IMG/VR virus record: IMGVR_UViG_3300033068_002024
Location: 580-64,579 of that record
Source of the DNA: a virus
Reading direction: 5' to 3' (one strand)
DNA length: 64,000 nt
Positions 19,101 through 28,536 of the stretch are shown one piece after another. Below the pieces are notes generated by a model. That model did not search any database, had not been told where the DNA came from, and saw only the letters and a list, made by a program, of their open reading frames with translations. Made by a program: the position numbers and the translations under genes. How positions within the stretch are numbered: position 1 is the first letter of the stretch; each line of letters starts with the position of its first letter.

Positions 19101-21028
19101 TGCCATCTTCGACAATGTAAAACGTCTTGTCGCGTTTGCGCTCGTACATTGGAATGCCGCACCGGTAAACTCGGCCTCGTTCGGTCTGAACGTAATAGCC
19201 AACCGTTGGAAAATAGAACGCTTGTCGATGCTTGCTCATTTCTTCTCAGCCGCCTTCCAGCTCATTCCAAATGGAGTGGTGCAAAACTTGCACGCCTTCT
19301 GTGCAATCGGGGCATAGCAGCCGCACACCATACACATCTTGGTTGGGACTGTTCCTTTCGGTCTGCCGCCCATCACGTCTCCTCGCGGGCTTTCTTCCAA
19401 CCGCTTAAGTGAGCCTCGCGAAGCGGGCCTTCCGGCATGAGCCGGGCAGTGCAGTCCATAGGGCTGGGACAGCATCCATAGCGCACCCAAAGCTCGACGA
19501 ATTCATCATAGCCGGCCTGATGAGCGGCAGCTATCGCTTCGACGCTGGCTTCGATTTTCTGCTTATTCGTCTTCATAATCCGTCCGCAATCCTTTTCCGC
19601 TGAAGCGTCAGCGCCTCGACAGCCAGCCGCACTTCTTGTACCATGAACGGGTGCATGAAGAGCGTCTTGCGACTTTCCGCAACAATGATCTTGCGGCTCG
19701 GCACTACCTCGGTACGGAAAGAGTGGGTGCGCCACGGCTGCCACGGCAACGAGAACAGGCGCTGCTTCCAAGTACGCGACTCACGATGCGTTATGGTATC
19801 GGTCAGCAGCGAGGTCACTTGAATGTTGTAACCAGCGAACATGAGCATAGCGGCTTGTTCTTTATTCATCTTTCTTCACTCAAAGGAATATGCAATCGGG
19901 TTTCACTACTCGCACTTATTATCTCCTGCTCTGACACAGGCTGGCAAGTCCCCATCTGATACATGTTCTTACCGCAAGAATGGCACGGGAATTGATCGTT
20001 GCTCTTGACCCGCTCAATGCGAACGTCATAGTTGCGCGTACCGCAGTGCGGGCAGATTTTCATTTCGGTACTGTTCCTTCTTGATGATATTGGAGCAAAG
20101 CCTTCGCCAGTGCGAAAGCATCGTCGGGTCTAAGAAAAACGGAGCTTTTATCGCTACGGCGATCACCGCCGCTATTTTCAGAAGAAGTCAGGATAAGCGA
20201 GCCGTGCAAACCGCCACCCTGAGCAACCTGCAATTCAAGGTAGTTCTGCTTCTTACTTGCGCACTTGATTTTCATGATAATCTCCGAAGTGCTTCTTGCC
20301 GCATCTGCTTAGCCTGCATCAAGCGACTGGTGTAAATACCGATCTGCCGGTCTTTGCGGGCAATGAACGATTCCAGTGCCAGCACCCTAGTAGAGCACGC
20401 AAAGCGCTTTATGGCACTATTCAGCACGAACCGTTTCCGACCATAAACGTCGAGCCATACTCCTTTCGGAGTATGCTTGATCACTCGATACTGGCGGCAT
20501 TCCAGTTTCACCTCGCTACCGAATATCTCTCGGTCCGCATCAATGATAGTGGAATAAGAACGATCTTCATAGCGATACCAGAATTCTTCGCTCATTCCCA
20601 ATGCCTCTTGAACTGGAGGGTCTTAACGTAGCACTTGCGGGAGCCATGATAGCGCATGTTGGCCGGCGCAAGCTCCATGTATTGCTTCAGGTCATTAGAT
20701 GCCTGTGGCATGGAGACGCCATAGTAATCCATGATAGCGCTCCGGTTAACGCTGCCATACTGATGCAGCAGAAAGTCAATGAAGCGCAACCGTTGTTCAA
20801 CTGCGTACGTGATGGCCATTACTTCTCCAATACCGAAAGTTGCCCATGAACATTAACTGCCGATACCGGGCAGTTGGTTTTCAGCCGGCGCATAACAAAC
20901 CAATGCCCTTCGAACTCAGGATGGCTTGCAGTGCCTGTATGATAAGCAGGATAGTAAAACCAATCCTGCTTATAGCGACCAGACTCATTAAGCTCAGTTG
21001 CCTTTTGCACTGCCTCTGCCGGGGTCAT
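16141..21028 (-). other. Cluster of small hypothetical ORFs, including Zn-ribbon proteins and a 514-aa ORF (17504..19048)
   Basis: Chain of coupled ORFs such as 16141..16461, 16458..16655, 16652..16825, 17251..17502, 19045..19239, 19373..19576, 19573..19869, 19866..20063, 20060..20275, 20272..20601 and 20819..21028. Confidence 0.6.
20592..20819 (-). CDS. Stand-alone winged-HTH resembling the N-terminal domain of CapW/BrxR WYL regulators
   Basis: EQRLRFIDF...G.VNRSAIMDYYGVSMPQASNDLKQYMELAPANMRY..S.K.Y motif. Confidence 0.75.
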   Translation of the reverse strand: MAITYAVEQRLRFIDFLLHQYGSVNRSAIMDYYGVSMPQASNDLKQYMELAPANMRYHGSRKCYVKTLQFKRHWE

Positions 21029-21031
21029 GCT

Positions 21032-21559
21032 TCACCACTCCAAATAGTTGCGTACAGCATCTGCTGCCTCGCGCCATGAATAACACACTATCCAACCATA
21101 ACCTACTCTGCGGGCATACGCACCAAATTTCTGTTGCTCTTCGCTCACGCCACCAGCACCACTTCGTTTAGGTTTCTGGTCAGGTTTTTTCATTTCGATA
21201 TAGAGGCCGCACCAGCGGTAAGTCGGACAGCTAGTCCGTGTCTCGCCAATTGAAAGTTTCGGCACCGGTAGAAACGTGTCTGGTATGCCTGCACGAACTC
21301 CGCCGGCTTTTTCACGCGCGCCGCGAATTTGCGCACTCTTGACATTGTCGGCCCGCGCGCCGCCCTGCGGGTTGGCATGCAACCATTCTAGCTCCGGAAC
21401 TTTGTATCCCATCTCCGGACGCCATTCAAGTGTCCCGCCTCCTTTCTCCCACTTGTCCGCTTCCTCGAATCCATGCAACCGAGCATAACCACAGTAAGCG
21501 AAGAATGCAACTTGATGGGCGTGTTCGGTCCCACTCGCCGCTAACGCATCTGGCAACAT
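21032..21559 (-). CDS. VRR-NUC domain nuclease
   Basis: EHAHQ, GVRAGIPDTFLP, GLYIEMKK and SEEQQKF motifs. Confidence 0.85.
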   Translation of the reverse strand: MLPDALAASGTEHAHQVAFFAYCGYARLHGFEEADKWEKGGGTLEWRPEMGYKVPELEWLHANPQGGARADNVKSAQIRGAREKAGGVRAGIPDTFLPVPKLSIGETRTSCPTYRWCGLYIEMKKPDQKPKRSGAGGVSEEQQKFGAYARRVGYGWIVCYSWREAADAVRNYLEW

Positions 21560-21599
21560 AATCTACTCTCCAACTGGTTCCGTCTATTCATCAAGTTAA

Positions 21600-21868
21600 G
21601 CACTAAACAGCGCCTCTACTCCGTGCTTCTACTCAGCTGTTAATGCGTTTAATAATGTTAAGGCTAGAATTAACCTTGAAAGCCTTTAGATATTAATAAG
21701 TTATAGCAATGTTAATAATGTTAATAATATATAAGGGGGAGAAAATATTTAGTCTAACTTGCATCCAATAAATGGCATAAATATAGCTAAGGGCATTAAC
21801 TCATTAAACGCTTTAAATTCAAAGGCTTAGCCATTAACAGCGCATTAACAGCATTAACAGTAGAAGCG
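21600..21868. other. Putative replication origin
   Basis: AT-rich non-coding stretch with GTTAAT repeats on the left and CATTAAC repeats on the right (inverted), immediately downstream of the primase gene. Confidence 0.6.
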
Positions 21869-24136
21869 CTACCAATGCGAGCTAAGTACGAAAGCTTGGC
21901 CTGAAAATTGGTATTTCTGTGCTAGAGTAGCCTTGGGAACCTCCAGAAGCATTCCCATGTCCAGCATAGTTTGTACAGATTTGCGAAGCGCACTACTGGA
22001 ACCGTTCTTGTCTGTCCGGAAGCTAGCGAGGCCGGCGGTTTTCTTTTGGAGGTAAAGGTATGGCACAATGCGATCTGCGCACATAATACTTGGCACCCCA
22101 TACTTGCCCAAAGTCGCCTTGTCGCTTTTGAAATAGCTCTCCACTACCTTCTTCAGGTCGGCTAGCTGCTTATTGTCGCCGCGCCCAATGTCGCCGCTCA
22201 TAAACCGCTTTGACATAGCCGTAACTTCGCTTTCAATGAAGCGTATGGCCCATCGGGCTATTGGGCCAGTAACTACCGGGGCTTGTGCGTGCACGCCGAC
22301 GGCTACGAGGCCGGCCAGCCGCAATACTTTCAAGTGCGCCCTATTCCATAGTTGGTGCTCGACCGTGCTCTGGTCCTTGTGGTTAATGTGTGCGTCGCAA
22401 AGGATGTCGAAGTCCTTGAGCAGTTGCTTAGCCTCGGCGTCTTGCTTGATGGGATAGCAGGTGTTGTTATTGTTCATGGATATGGAGGATACTGCAAGGT
22501 CGCTAAATCTTTGGAGCAATGGCTTGGAGGGCGGGAAGCCGGCCTGCTCGTTAGTTGGCATGCGCGGCCCGAGGTATTCGATAATGGTGAAGCGCGGTAT
22601 AAGACCCTCGGCGATATGGGTGGCGTCCAATTCCTCGAAGAAGGTTTCGGGCACCGTCTCGCCTATGATGTTAACATTGGGTGCGCGCACTGGGTCAGTG
22701 TTCTTTTCGCGATCGCTGTAGACGCTGCCTTGCAATGAGCGGGTTGCCCCGGATTTGCCATAGAGGTCGAGCAGCATTTTCTTGAGCATCTTGTCGGCGC
22801 TGTTGGCACGTGGGTCGCTGATTTGGTTAAGCGTGATACCAAATTCGCCGAGCACGGAAATGAAGCAAGGCTTATCCACCAGTATCTTGGCCAGCCCTTG
22901 ACCGGAAGCGAATACCGCCGGGCCATAGTAATCCATGATCATTGGAATGGTGGGTTGCAGCGCGCTGAACATGCGCTCAATGTTGTGCGCTATCTCCTCT
23001 TTGCCGGAGCCTGTGCGAGCGAGCAGAATGATGTATTGGTTAAGCCCAGTGTTGGATATGTTGTATGAGCGCGAGCATACTCCTGCAACTGCTGCGATTG
23101 CAGATGCAAGCGCAATAATTCGCACCGGACGTTGTGCGGAAGCATAGAAGTATTCTGCGAGCTCGCCAATGAGGCCCGGTGGGAAATCGCCTTCCGCGGA
23201 TACATATTCGGGGATAGTTGGTATAGAAGGAATAGCAGGGATTGGCGGAGGAGTAGGCTCTGGTTCACTTTCTTCAATCATTTTCTGCACGTTGAATTCA
23301 AGCTGACTGAAATCGATGGGCGGCGGCTGCTTCCCGCGCACTAGACCAAGCGTGAAATTGAGGTAGGTGTTATTGCGAATGGCCTTCTCGCGCTTGCCAA
23401 GACCGCTCATGCGGAACAGGCGTCTGCATTGCTCATTGTCCGGCGAATAGAATGCAAGCATAGCCATAAGCGCTAAATCAGCTTCCGACTGGCTAGTGTA
23501 TTCGTGCTGCCATTCGCCACGACAAAGTGAATTGAATTTGTCGGCATTTGCCGCATTGCTTGCCATCTCTATTAGTGCTGCATCATCGAGCAAGCTTTCT
23601 CGATCTTCAAGTTCGAGCCGCGCGTCTTCTATTGGGCGCATCTCATCATAGAGCCTGCCAATCAGCTCGTTGTAATCCATGATGGGCAAATTGCGAATAA
23701 CGTCGCCGGTGAACACCATGAAGCGCCCATCGCAATAGAGCTCGACATGGTCGCGGTTGGTCCCGGTCGGCACGATGCCTTTAACCACAATATGAACGCC
23801 GGTCTTGGAAACGCTGCGTTCGGTATAGCTATTAAAGGCATTATAAATCTTGGTATGGCGTTCGAGCTCTTGCTCGGTGCAAGGATCGGTTGGTTTGTTG
23901 TCCAGATCAATAATGGAGTAGCCTAAATGCTTCTGGAGGACAAAGCCTATGCCGCTATAATGCGGCGCGGCAGCTACGGCCGCTTCGAAGGTTGACCAAG
24001 TGGCTGGGTTGTTTGGCTCCGCAACTTCGCCATTAACTTGGAATGGTATTTTGGTAGTCTTGCCATTACGCTTAGCATAACGCCAGACAACCCAGTTTGG
24101 GAGAGCGCGCAGCTCTGCCGGGATATTCAACAGCAT
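21869..24136 (-). CDS. Primase-polymerase (NrS-1-like AEP) fused to a P-loop helicase (DUF3987-like)
   Basis: IPAELRALPNWVVWR, IDLD, YTERSVSKTGVH, SQSEADLAL; ARTGSGKE P-loop. Confidence 0.88.
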   Translation of the reverse strand: MLLNIPAELRALPNWVVWRYAKRNGKTTKIPFQVNGEVAEPNNPATWSTFEAAVAAAPHYSGIGFVLQKHLGYSIIDLDNKPTDPCTEQELERHTKIYNAFNSYTERSVSKTGVHIVVKGIVPTGTNRDHVELYCDGRFMVFTGDVIRNLPIMDYNELIGRLYDEMRPIEDARLELEDRESLLDDAALIEMASNAANADKFNSLCRGEWQHEYTSQSEADLALMAMLAFYSPDNEQCRRLFRMSGLGKREKAIRNNTYLNFTLGLVRGKQPPPIDFSQLEFNVQKMIEESEPEPTPPPIPAIPSIPTIPEYVSAEGDFPPGLIGELAEYFYASAQRPVRIIALASAIAAVAGVCSRSYNISNTGLNQYIILLARTGSGKEEIAHNIERMFSALQPTIPMIMDYYGPAVFASGQGLAKILVDKPCFISVLGEFGITLNQISDPRANSADKMLKKMLLDLYGKSGATRSLQGSVYSDREKNTDPVRAPNVNIIGETVPETFFEELDATHIAEGLIPRFTIIEYLGPRMPTNEQAGFPPSKPLLQRFSDLAVSSISMNNNNTCYPIKQDAEAKQLLKDFDILCDAHINHKDQSTVEHQLWNRAHLKVLRLAGLVAVGVHAQAPVVTGPIARWAIRFIESEVTAMSKRFMSGDIGRGDNKQLADLKKVVESYFKSDKATLGKYGVPSIMCADRIVPYLYLQKKTAGLASFRTDKNGSSSALRKSVQTMLDMGMLLEVPKATLAQKYQFSGQAFVLSSHW

Positions 24137-24150
24137 AAGGCGATCCCTAA

Positions 24151-24321
24151 TTAAACGAGAGTTTTGTTGGTCAGCGTTTCGTATATGTATTGGATTCGAT
24201 TGACCGAGGGATTCTTGAATTCCATTCCAATGAACTTGGATAGCCAGAAAAAGGGAACAGTGGTCTTGATGTGCACTTCCAGCACGCCATGCTCCCTTAT
24301 AAGCTCAATAGTTTTGAGCAT
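24151..24321 (-). CDS. Small HTH-like protein
   Basis: WLSKF...NPSVNRIQYIYE pattern; lies at the divergence between the two arms. Confidence 0.5.
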   Translation of the reverse strand: MLKTIELIREHGVLEVHIKTTVPFFWLSKFIGMEFKNPSVNRIQYIYETLTNKTLV

Positions 24322-24544
24322 CAGTGCGCCCGGCTGATCATACGGCTCGTTGCGGGTGCTGATTTTTGTCTTAGGCGAGGTATGCACGGGTCTACTCCAA
24401 CTATAAAAGCAGGCATTAATATAGCCGCGCATTTCCTTATCCTGCAACCATTATTCCGGGAACATAAAAGGTATTTGCTTTGCCCCTTGCCTCCCTATAA
24501 TGGGGGCCAGCCCAAGGCGCCCCATTAGAACCTAGGAGTTAAAT

Positions 24545-25159
24545 ATGATTGACCAGACCAATTCGACCCCTGAGCAACATTTAGAGTATGAGCTTGAACA
24601 GGAAAAGGAAAAAAAGCTCAATCAATGGTATGCGGCGCAGCAGGCATTGGTTAAAGGCATACCGATCACCTTCGATGATGTGGCCAAAGTCATCGACACC
24701 CTCGAAGATGAGCATATCCGCACGCAGCTCCTTGCACTCCCGACGCATCTGGTTATGGCCATGCTGGATGTTTGCAACAAAGTGCCAGCCCCCAGCGTTA
24801 AGGCGCTCGTCGATGCGGAAATGGCAGCGCGCAAGGCAGTAGTTGCGGTATGGTTTCCCAAGCCCAAGGAAGGCACTGATAACAAGGCGGAACTCGGCCA
24901 AGGCTGGACGCTCAAATATACCCACAAGATCGATCGCACGGTGGATGAGGCAACGGTTGCCGCTACCAAAGACCGCTTGCGCGAAGAATTCAAAATCAAT
25001 CCGGACACGCTATTTAAGGTGGAGCATACGCTGGCCATCAAAGAATTCCGTGCGCTTGAAAATATAAACGAGGAGGCTTTCAAAGCGTTACAGGAATGCC
25101 TCACCGTTAAACCCGGCAGTCCTAAGCTGGAAGTTATCCCACCCAAAGAAGAGGAATAG
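24545..25159 (+). CDS. Hypothetical protein of the replication module
   Basis: AGGAG RBS, upstream TATAAT; C-terminal FPKPKEGT...KPGSPKL. Confidence 0.7.
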   Translation: MIDQTNSTPEQHLEYELEQEKEKKLNQWYAAQQALVKGIPITFDDVAKVIDTLEDEHIRTQLLALPTHLVMAMLDVCNKVPAPSVKALVDAEMAARKAVVAVWFPKPKEGTDNKAELGQGWTLKYTHKIDRTVDEATVAATKDRLREEFKINPDTLFKVEHTLAIKEFRALENINEEAFKALQECLTVKPGSPKLEVIPPKEEE

Positions 25160-25161
25160 CG

Positions 25162-25371
25162 ATGGGCGAGCAGGAGGAATATAGTGCGGTTGAGATGGGC
25201 GCGGGTTTGGTAGCATTGGGGCAGGTAATGATCCTGTCTAATGCCATGCCAGACGAGATCCTTAATGGGGATTTCTACCGGGCAGACATCATCAGCCGCA
25301 TGACGAAAAATGGCATCGACGGCGATCGGGCTGGGGTGCTGTACACTCACATGCAAAAGGAGCTCATATGA
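25162..25371 (+). CDS. Hypothetical protein
   Basis: Coupled 69-aa ORF. Confidence 0.55.
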   Translation: MGEQEEYSAVEMGAGLVALGQVMILSNAMPDEILNGDFYRADIISRMTKNGIDGDRAGVLYTHMQKELI

Positions 25372-26210
25372 GCATACTTTCACAAGTCTCTGCATCCACT
25401 AACAAAGTGGGTATTCGCGCTGCTATATCTGGCATCGAAAAGGTGGGTAAGACGACCTTTGCCTGTTCGGCGCCGCGCCCTTTGCTGGTGCCATTGGAGC
25501 AAGGCTTCTCCGGCGTCAAGGTAATGCATACGCCGCTTCTCAATTCCATGGTTGAGGTATGGGGCCTGTTCGACGAATTGTTCGCGCAGGTGCAAGCGAA
25601 AGCCCTGCCATACCAAACGATCATTTTCGATAGCGCCACTGCGCTCGAGCGTCTGATCCACGATGCAGTGTTGCGCACTGACCCGGCCTACATGAAGGAC
25701 AACAAGAAGGCCCTCACCATGGAGTCGGCGCTCGGCGGGTATGGCAAAGCCTACCAGTACGCAAACGAGCTGTTTGGCAATTTCCTCACCCGATGCGATT
25801 GGCTGGCCACCTACGCCAATATCAACATCATCCTGACTTGCCACGTATTTGCCGCGAAGGTTATCGATCCGGCATTTGGCGAGTATGATACTTGGGATTT
25901 GCTGTTGCACTCTCCCAAGAACCAGAAAGCCTATGGTAAGCGTGAAATGCTCACCCAATGGGCCGACTTGGTGGGCTTCCTGCACGAGCCACTGTTTATC
26001 ACCGAAAACGAAAACAGCAATCTGCAACGCGGCATTTCGGCTAACCAAGGTCGCATTCTGGCGGTAAACCGCAAACCCGGCTATGTGGCCGGCAACCGGT
26101 ATAACGTCCAACAGGATATCCAAATTCCCCGCGAAGGCGGCTGGAATCAACTGGCGCATGCGATATATAATGCAACGCCGAATAAACTTGACTTTTTCAA
26201 CCGGGACTGA
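25368..26210 (+). CDS. Sak4-like AAA ATPase / ssDNA annealing protein
   Basis: GIEKVGKTT, IIFDSATALE, GYGKAY, WADLVGF. Confidence 0.85.
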   Translation: MSILSQVSASTNKVGIRAAISGIEKVGKTTFACSAPRPLLVPLEQGFSGVKVMHTPLLNSMVEVWGLFDELFAQVQAKALPYQTIIFDSATALERLIHDAVLRTDPAYMKDNKKALTMESALGGYGKAYQYANELFGNFLTRCDWLATYANINIILTCHVFAAKVIDPAFGEYDTWDLLLHSPKNQKAYGKREMLTQWADLVGFLHEPLFITENENSNLQRGISANQGRILAVNRKPGYVAGNRYNVQQDIQIPREGGWNQLAHAIYNATPNKLDFFNRD

Positions 26211-26214
26211 AACC

Positions 26215-26400
26215 ATGAAGAACATTCAAATGACTCGCGAAGGCGATACCCTCACCATCAAAATCGATCTGACCAAGCGCGGCAACAAGAGCACTTCCGG
26301 CAAATCGATCAGCATCGCCAGCACCGGCGGCAACGTGTCGGTGGAAGGCCCCGAAGGCATCAAGCTCGGCGTCAACTGCTACGTGCCGGTTGGCGAGTAA
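26215..26400 (+). CDS. Small beta-rich hypothetical protein
   Basis: MKNIQM...SGKSISIASTGGN...LGVNCY; codon usage like highly expressed genes. Confidence 0.65.
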   Translation: MKNIQMTREGDTLTIKIDLTKRGNKSTSGKSISIASTGGNVSVEGPEGIKLGVNCYVPVGE

Positions 26401-26455
26401 GCAATACCTGTTTAAACCCCTGACCATTTGGTCGTCCACAAGAGAGAAATGAACC

Positions 26456-27277
26456 ATGGATCTCAACTTTAACGCAAGCACAGTGGCACCCGCAGTGCCA
26501 TTCGAAACTGTTCCGGCGGGCTGGTATACGCTCATCATGACCAAATCGGAGGAAACTCCGGTTGCCAACAAGCCGGATAACAGCTATCTGGCGCTCGAAT
26601 ATACCATCCAAGCGCCCGAGGAATTCAAGGGCCGCAAACTGTTCGACCGCCTGAATCTGAAAAACGACAACCCGGTGGCGCAGGAAATTGCGTACAAGAC
26701 GCTTTCCGCCATCTGCCACGCGACCGGCGTGATTCAGCTGCAAAACTCGGCACAGCTGCACAACCTCCCGCTCGAAGCAAAGGTATCGCTGGTGCCGGCT
26801 GGCCCCGGTAACGATGGCAAAATGTACGATGCCAAAAACGAAATCAAAGGCTACCGCAAACTCGGCGCCGACGGCGCAACTGCCGCCGCGATCCCGGGCG
26901 CCATTCCGCCCGCTGCAACTAGTGGCCCGGGTGCATTGCCCCCAGCTCCCACCCCAGCAGCCGCGCCAGCGCCTGTCCCTGTTCCAGCCCCAGTGCCCGC
27001 GCCTGCACCGGCCCCCGCCGCTGTTCCGCCGGCTCCGGCTGCTGCGCCCGCTGTGCCCGAGGTATTCCCGCCGGCTGCAAGTGGCTGGCTGGTGCATCCG
27101 CAAGGCGGTGGCTGGTTCTACAAAGGCTCCGAAGTACTGAACGAAGCCGATCTGCGTGCTCGCCTCGCTGCTGAAGCGCCGGCTGTTCCCGCTGCACCCG
27201 CAGTGCCTGCCGCTCCGGCAGCAACCCCGGCAGCCGCACCCACCGGTGATCTGCCGCCTTGGGCACAACCGAAGTAA
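26456..27277 (+). CDS. ssDNA-binding protein (DUF669-like) with a Pro/Ala-rich tail
   Basis: VPAGWY, GRKLFDRLNL, LSAICHATG, NEIKGY; PPW near the C-terminus. Confidence 0.8.
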   Translation: MDLNFNASTVAPAVPFETVPAGWYTLIMTKSEETPVANKPDNSYLALEYTIQAPEEFKGRKLFDRLNLKNDNPVAQEIAYKTLSAICHATGVIQLQNSAQLHNLPLEAKVSLVPAGPGNDGKMYDAKNEIKGYRKLGADGATAAAIPGAIPPAATSGPGALPPAPTPAAAPAPVPVPAPVPAPAPAPAAVPPAPAAAPAVPEVFPPAASGWLVHPQGGGWFYKGSEVLNEADLRARLAAEAPAVPAAPAVPAAPAATPAAAPTGDLPPWAQPK

Positions 27278-27299
27278 TCCCATCCAGAAGGTCGTTTAG

Positions 27300-27323
27300 G
27301 GGAGCCGCTTGGCTCCCTTTTTT
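27300..27323 (+). terminator. Rho-independent terminator
   Basis: GGGAGCC-gctt-GGCTCCC-TTTTTT. Confidence 0.8.
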
Positions 27324-27338
27324 CCTGCGAGCATAACA

Positions 27339-27593
27339 ATGCAAACTCGTTTTGACTTATTCATGGAAGCATTAGTCAATCTTTTGATTGGCTTTATAAT
27401 CACTGTTATTGCTAACCTATTCGTTTACCCGGCGTTTGGCGTCATTGTTCCGTTCCATACGAACATGGGCATTACGTTGGTCTTTTCACTCATTTCAGTA
27501 ATACGATCCTATACGCTGCGCCGAATCTTCAATGGGCGCCCCATCTGGCTGACCATGAAACAGGCATACCTCAAACATGCAAATCGCGTATAA
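27339..27593 (+). CDS. Small membrane protein
   Basis: Two hydrophobic segments; SVIRSYTLRRIFN. Confidence 0.65.
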   Translation: MQTRFDLFMEALVNLLIGFIITVIANLFVYPAFGVIVPFHTNMGITLVFSLISVIRSYTLRRIFNGRPIWLTMKQAYLKHANRV

Positions 27594-28536
27594 GACTCTT
27601 GCAGCGGTGGAAGCCGCCTTCCAAGCAGACCAAGGTGCGCGCTATCGCGGCATACTGCGCGAGCTCATGCCGCTGGCTGAAGATGCATACAACGACAAAG
27701 AAGAAGACTTTCGCAACCACTTGGGTGCCTCGCTCATTGGCAGCGAATGCGATCGCGAAATATGGTATTCATGGCACTGGGCCATAAAGCCGCGCTTCAC
27801 CGGACAAGAGCTACGCCTATTCAATCGCGGCCATCTGGAAGAGCCGCGCATGCTTGCGCTCATGAAAATGCTTGGCATTGAGATTTGGTTTCAAGATGCC
27901 AATGGCAAGCAATTTCGTATTCATGGCTACCGCGGTCACTATGGCGGCGGTATGGATGGCGTAGTGCGCGGCATCCCAGAGCTGCCAAACATTGCCATCC
28001 TTGGCGAATTCAAAACGCATAACCTTAAATCATTTACCGCGCTGGCCGGCGCACCCAAAACGTGGCGGCTGCATCTGGAAGACCCAACCAAGAACCCTTT
28101 TCTTGGCCAAGGTGTAAAGACATCTAAGTGGTCGCATTACGTCCAGATGCAAGAGTACATGGCCTACAACAACTTGACGCATGCGCTCTACTGCGCAGTG
28201 TGCAAAGATACTGATGATGTTTATATGGAGGTTGTTGAATACGATGGCTTTGCGCACCGGCGCACCGAAGCCCGAGTAATCTCCATTGTGGATAGCCCCA
28301 AGCCGCCGGTGAAGATCAATGACAGCCCGGCATACTTCTATTGCAAGCACATGTGCGATTATGTTGGCGTTTGCCACAAGAAAGAAGTTCCTGAGCGTAA
28401 TTGCCGCACTTGCGTACATGTTTCTGTTGCTGATGGAGGCAAGTGGGTTTGCGAAAGGTTTAACGAAGAATTAAGTCCGCTCGAGCAACGTGCCGGGTGC
28501 GATTTCTATCTATTACTTCCGAGCTTTAACGGCTGA
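27577..28536 (+). CDS. Cas4-like PD-(D/E)XK exonuclease
   Basis: GASLIGSEC.R.IWY, DG...EFKT, QMQEY and C-terminal Cys clusters. Confidence 0.85.
   Translation: MQIAYKTLAAVEAAFQADQGARYRGILRELMPLAEDAYNDKEEDFRNHLGASLIGSECDREIWYSWHWAIKPRFTGQELRLFNRGHLEEPRMLALMKMLGIEIWFQDANGKQFRIHGYRGHYGGGMDGVVRGIPELPNIAILGEFKTHNLKSFTALAGAPKTWRLHLEDPTKNPFLGQGVKTSKWSHYVQMQEYMAYNNLTHALYCAVCKDTDDVYMEVVEYDGFAHRRTEARVISIVDSPKPPVKINDSPAYFYCKHMCDYVGVCHKKEVPERNCRTCVHVSVADGGKWVCERFNEELSPLEQRAGCDFYLLLPSFNG

Noticed and set aside
26880-27250. GC-rich short repeats (also 33620-33700)
   Set aside because: They encode Pro/Ala linkers; not an independent DNA element.
24622-27283. Long minus-strand ORFs (257, 281 and 303 aa)
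   Set aside because: Antisense to well-supported replication genes; explained by codon bias.
27577-28536. Cas4-like gene as evidence of CRISPR-Cas
   Set aside because: No repeat-spacer array or other cas genes; it is a typical phage recombination exonuclease.
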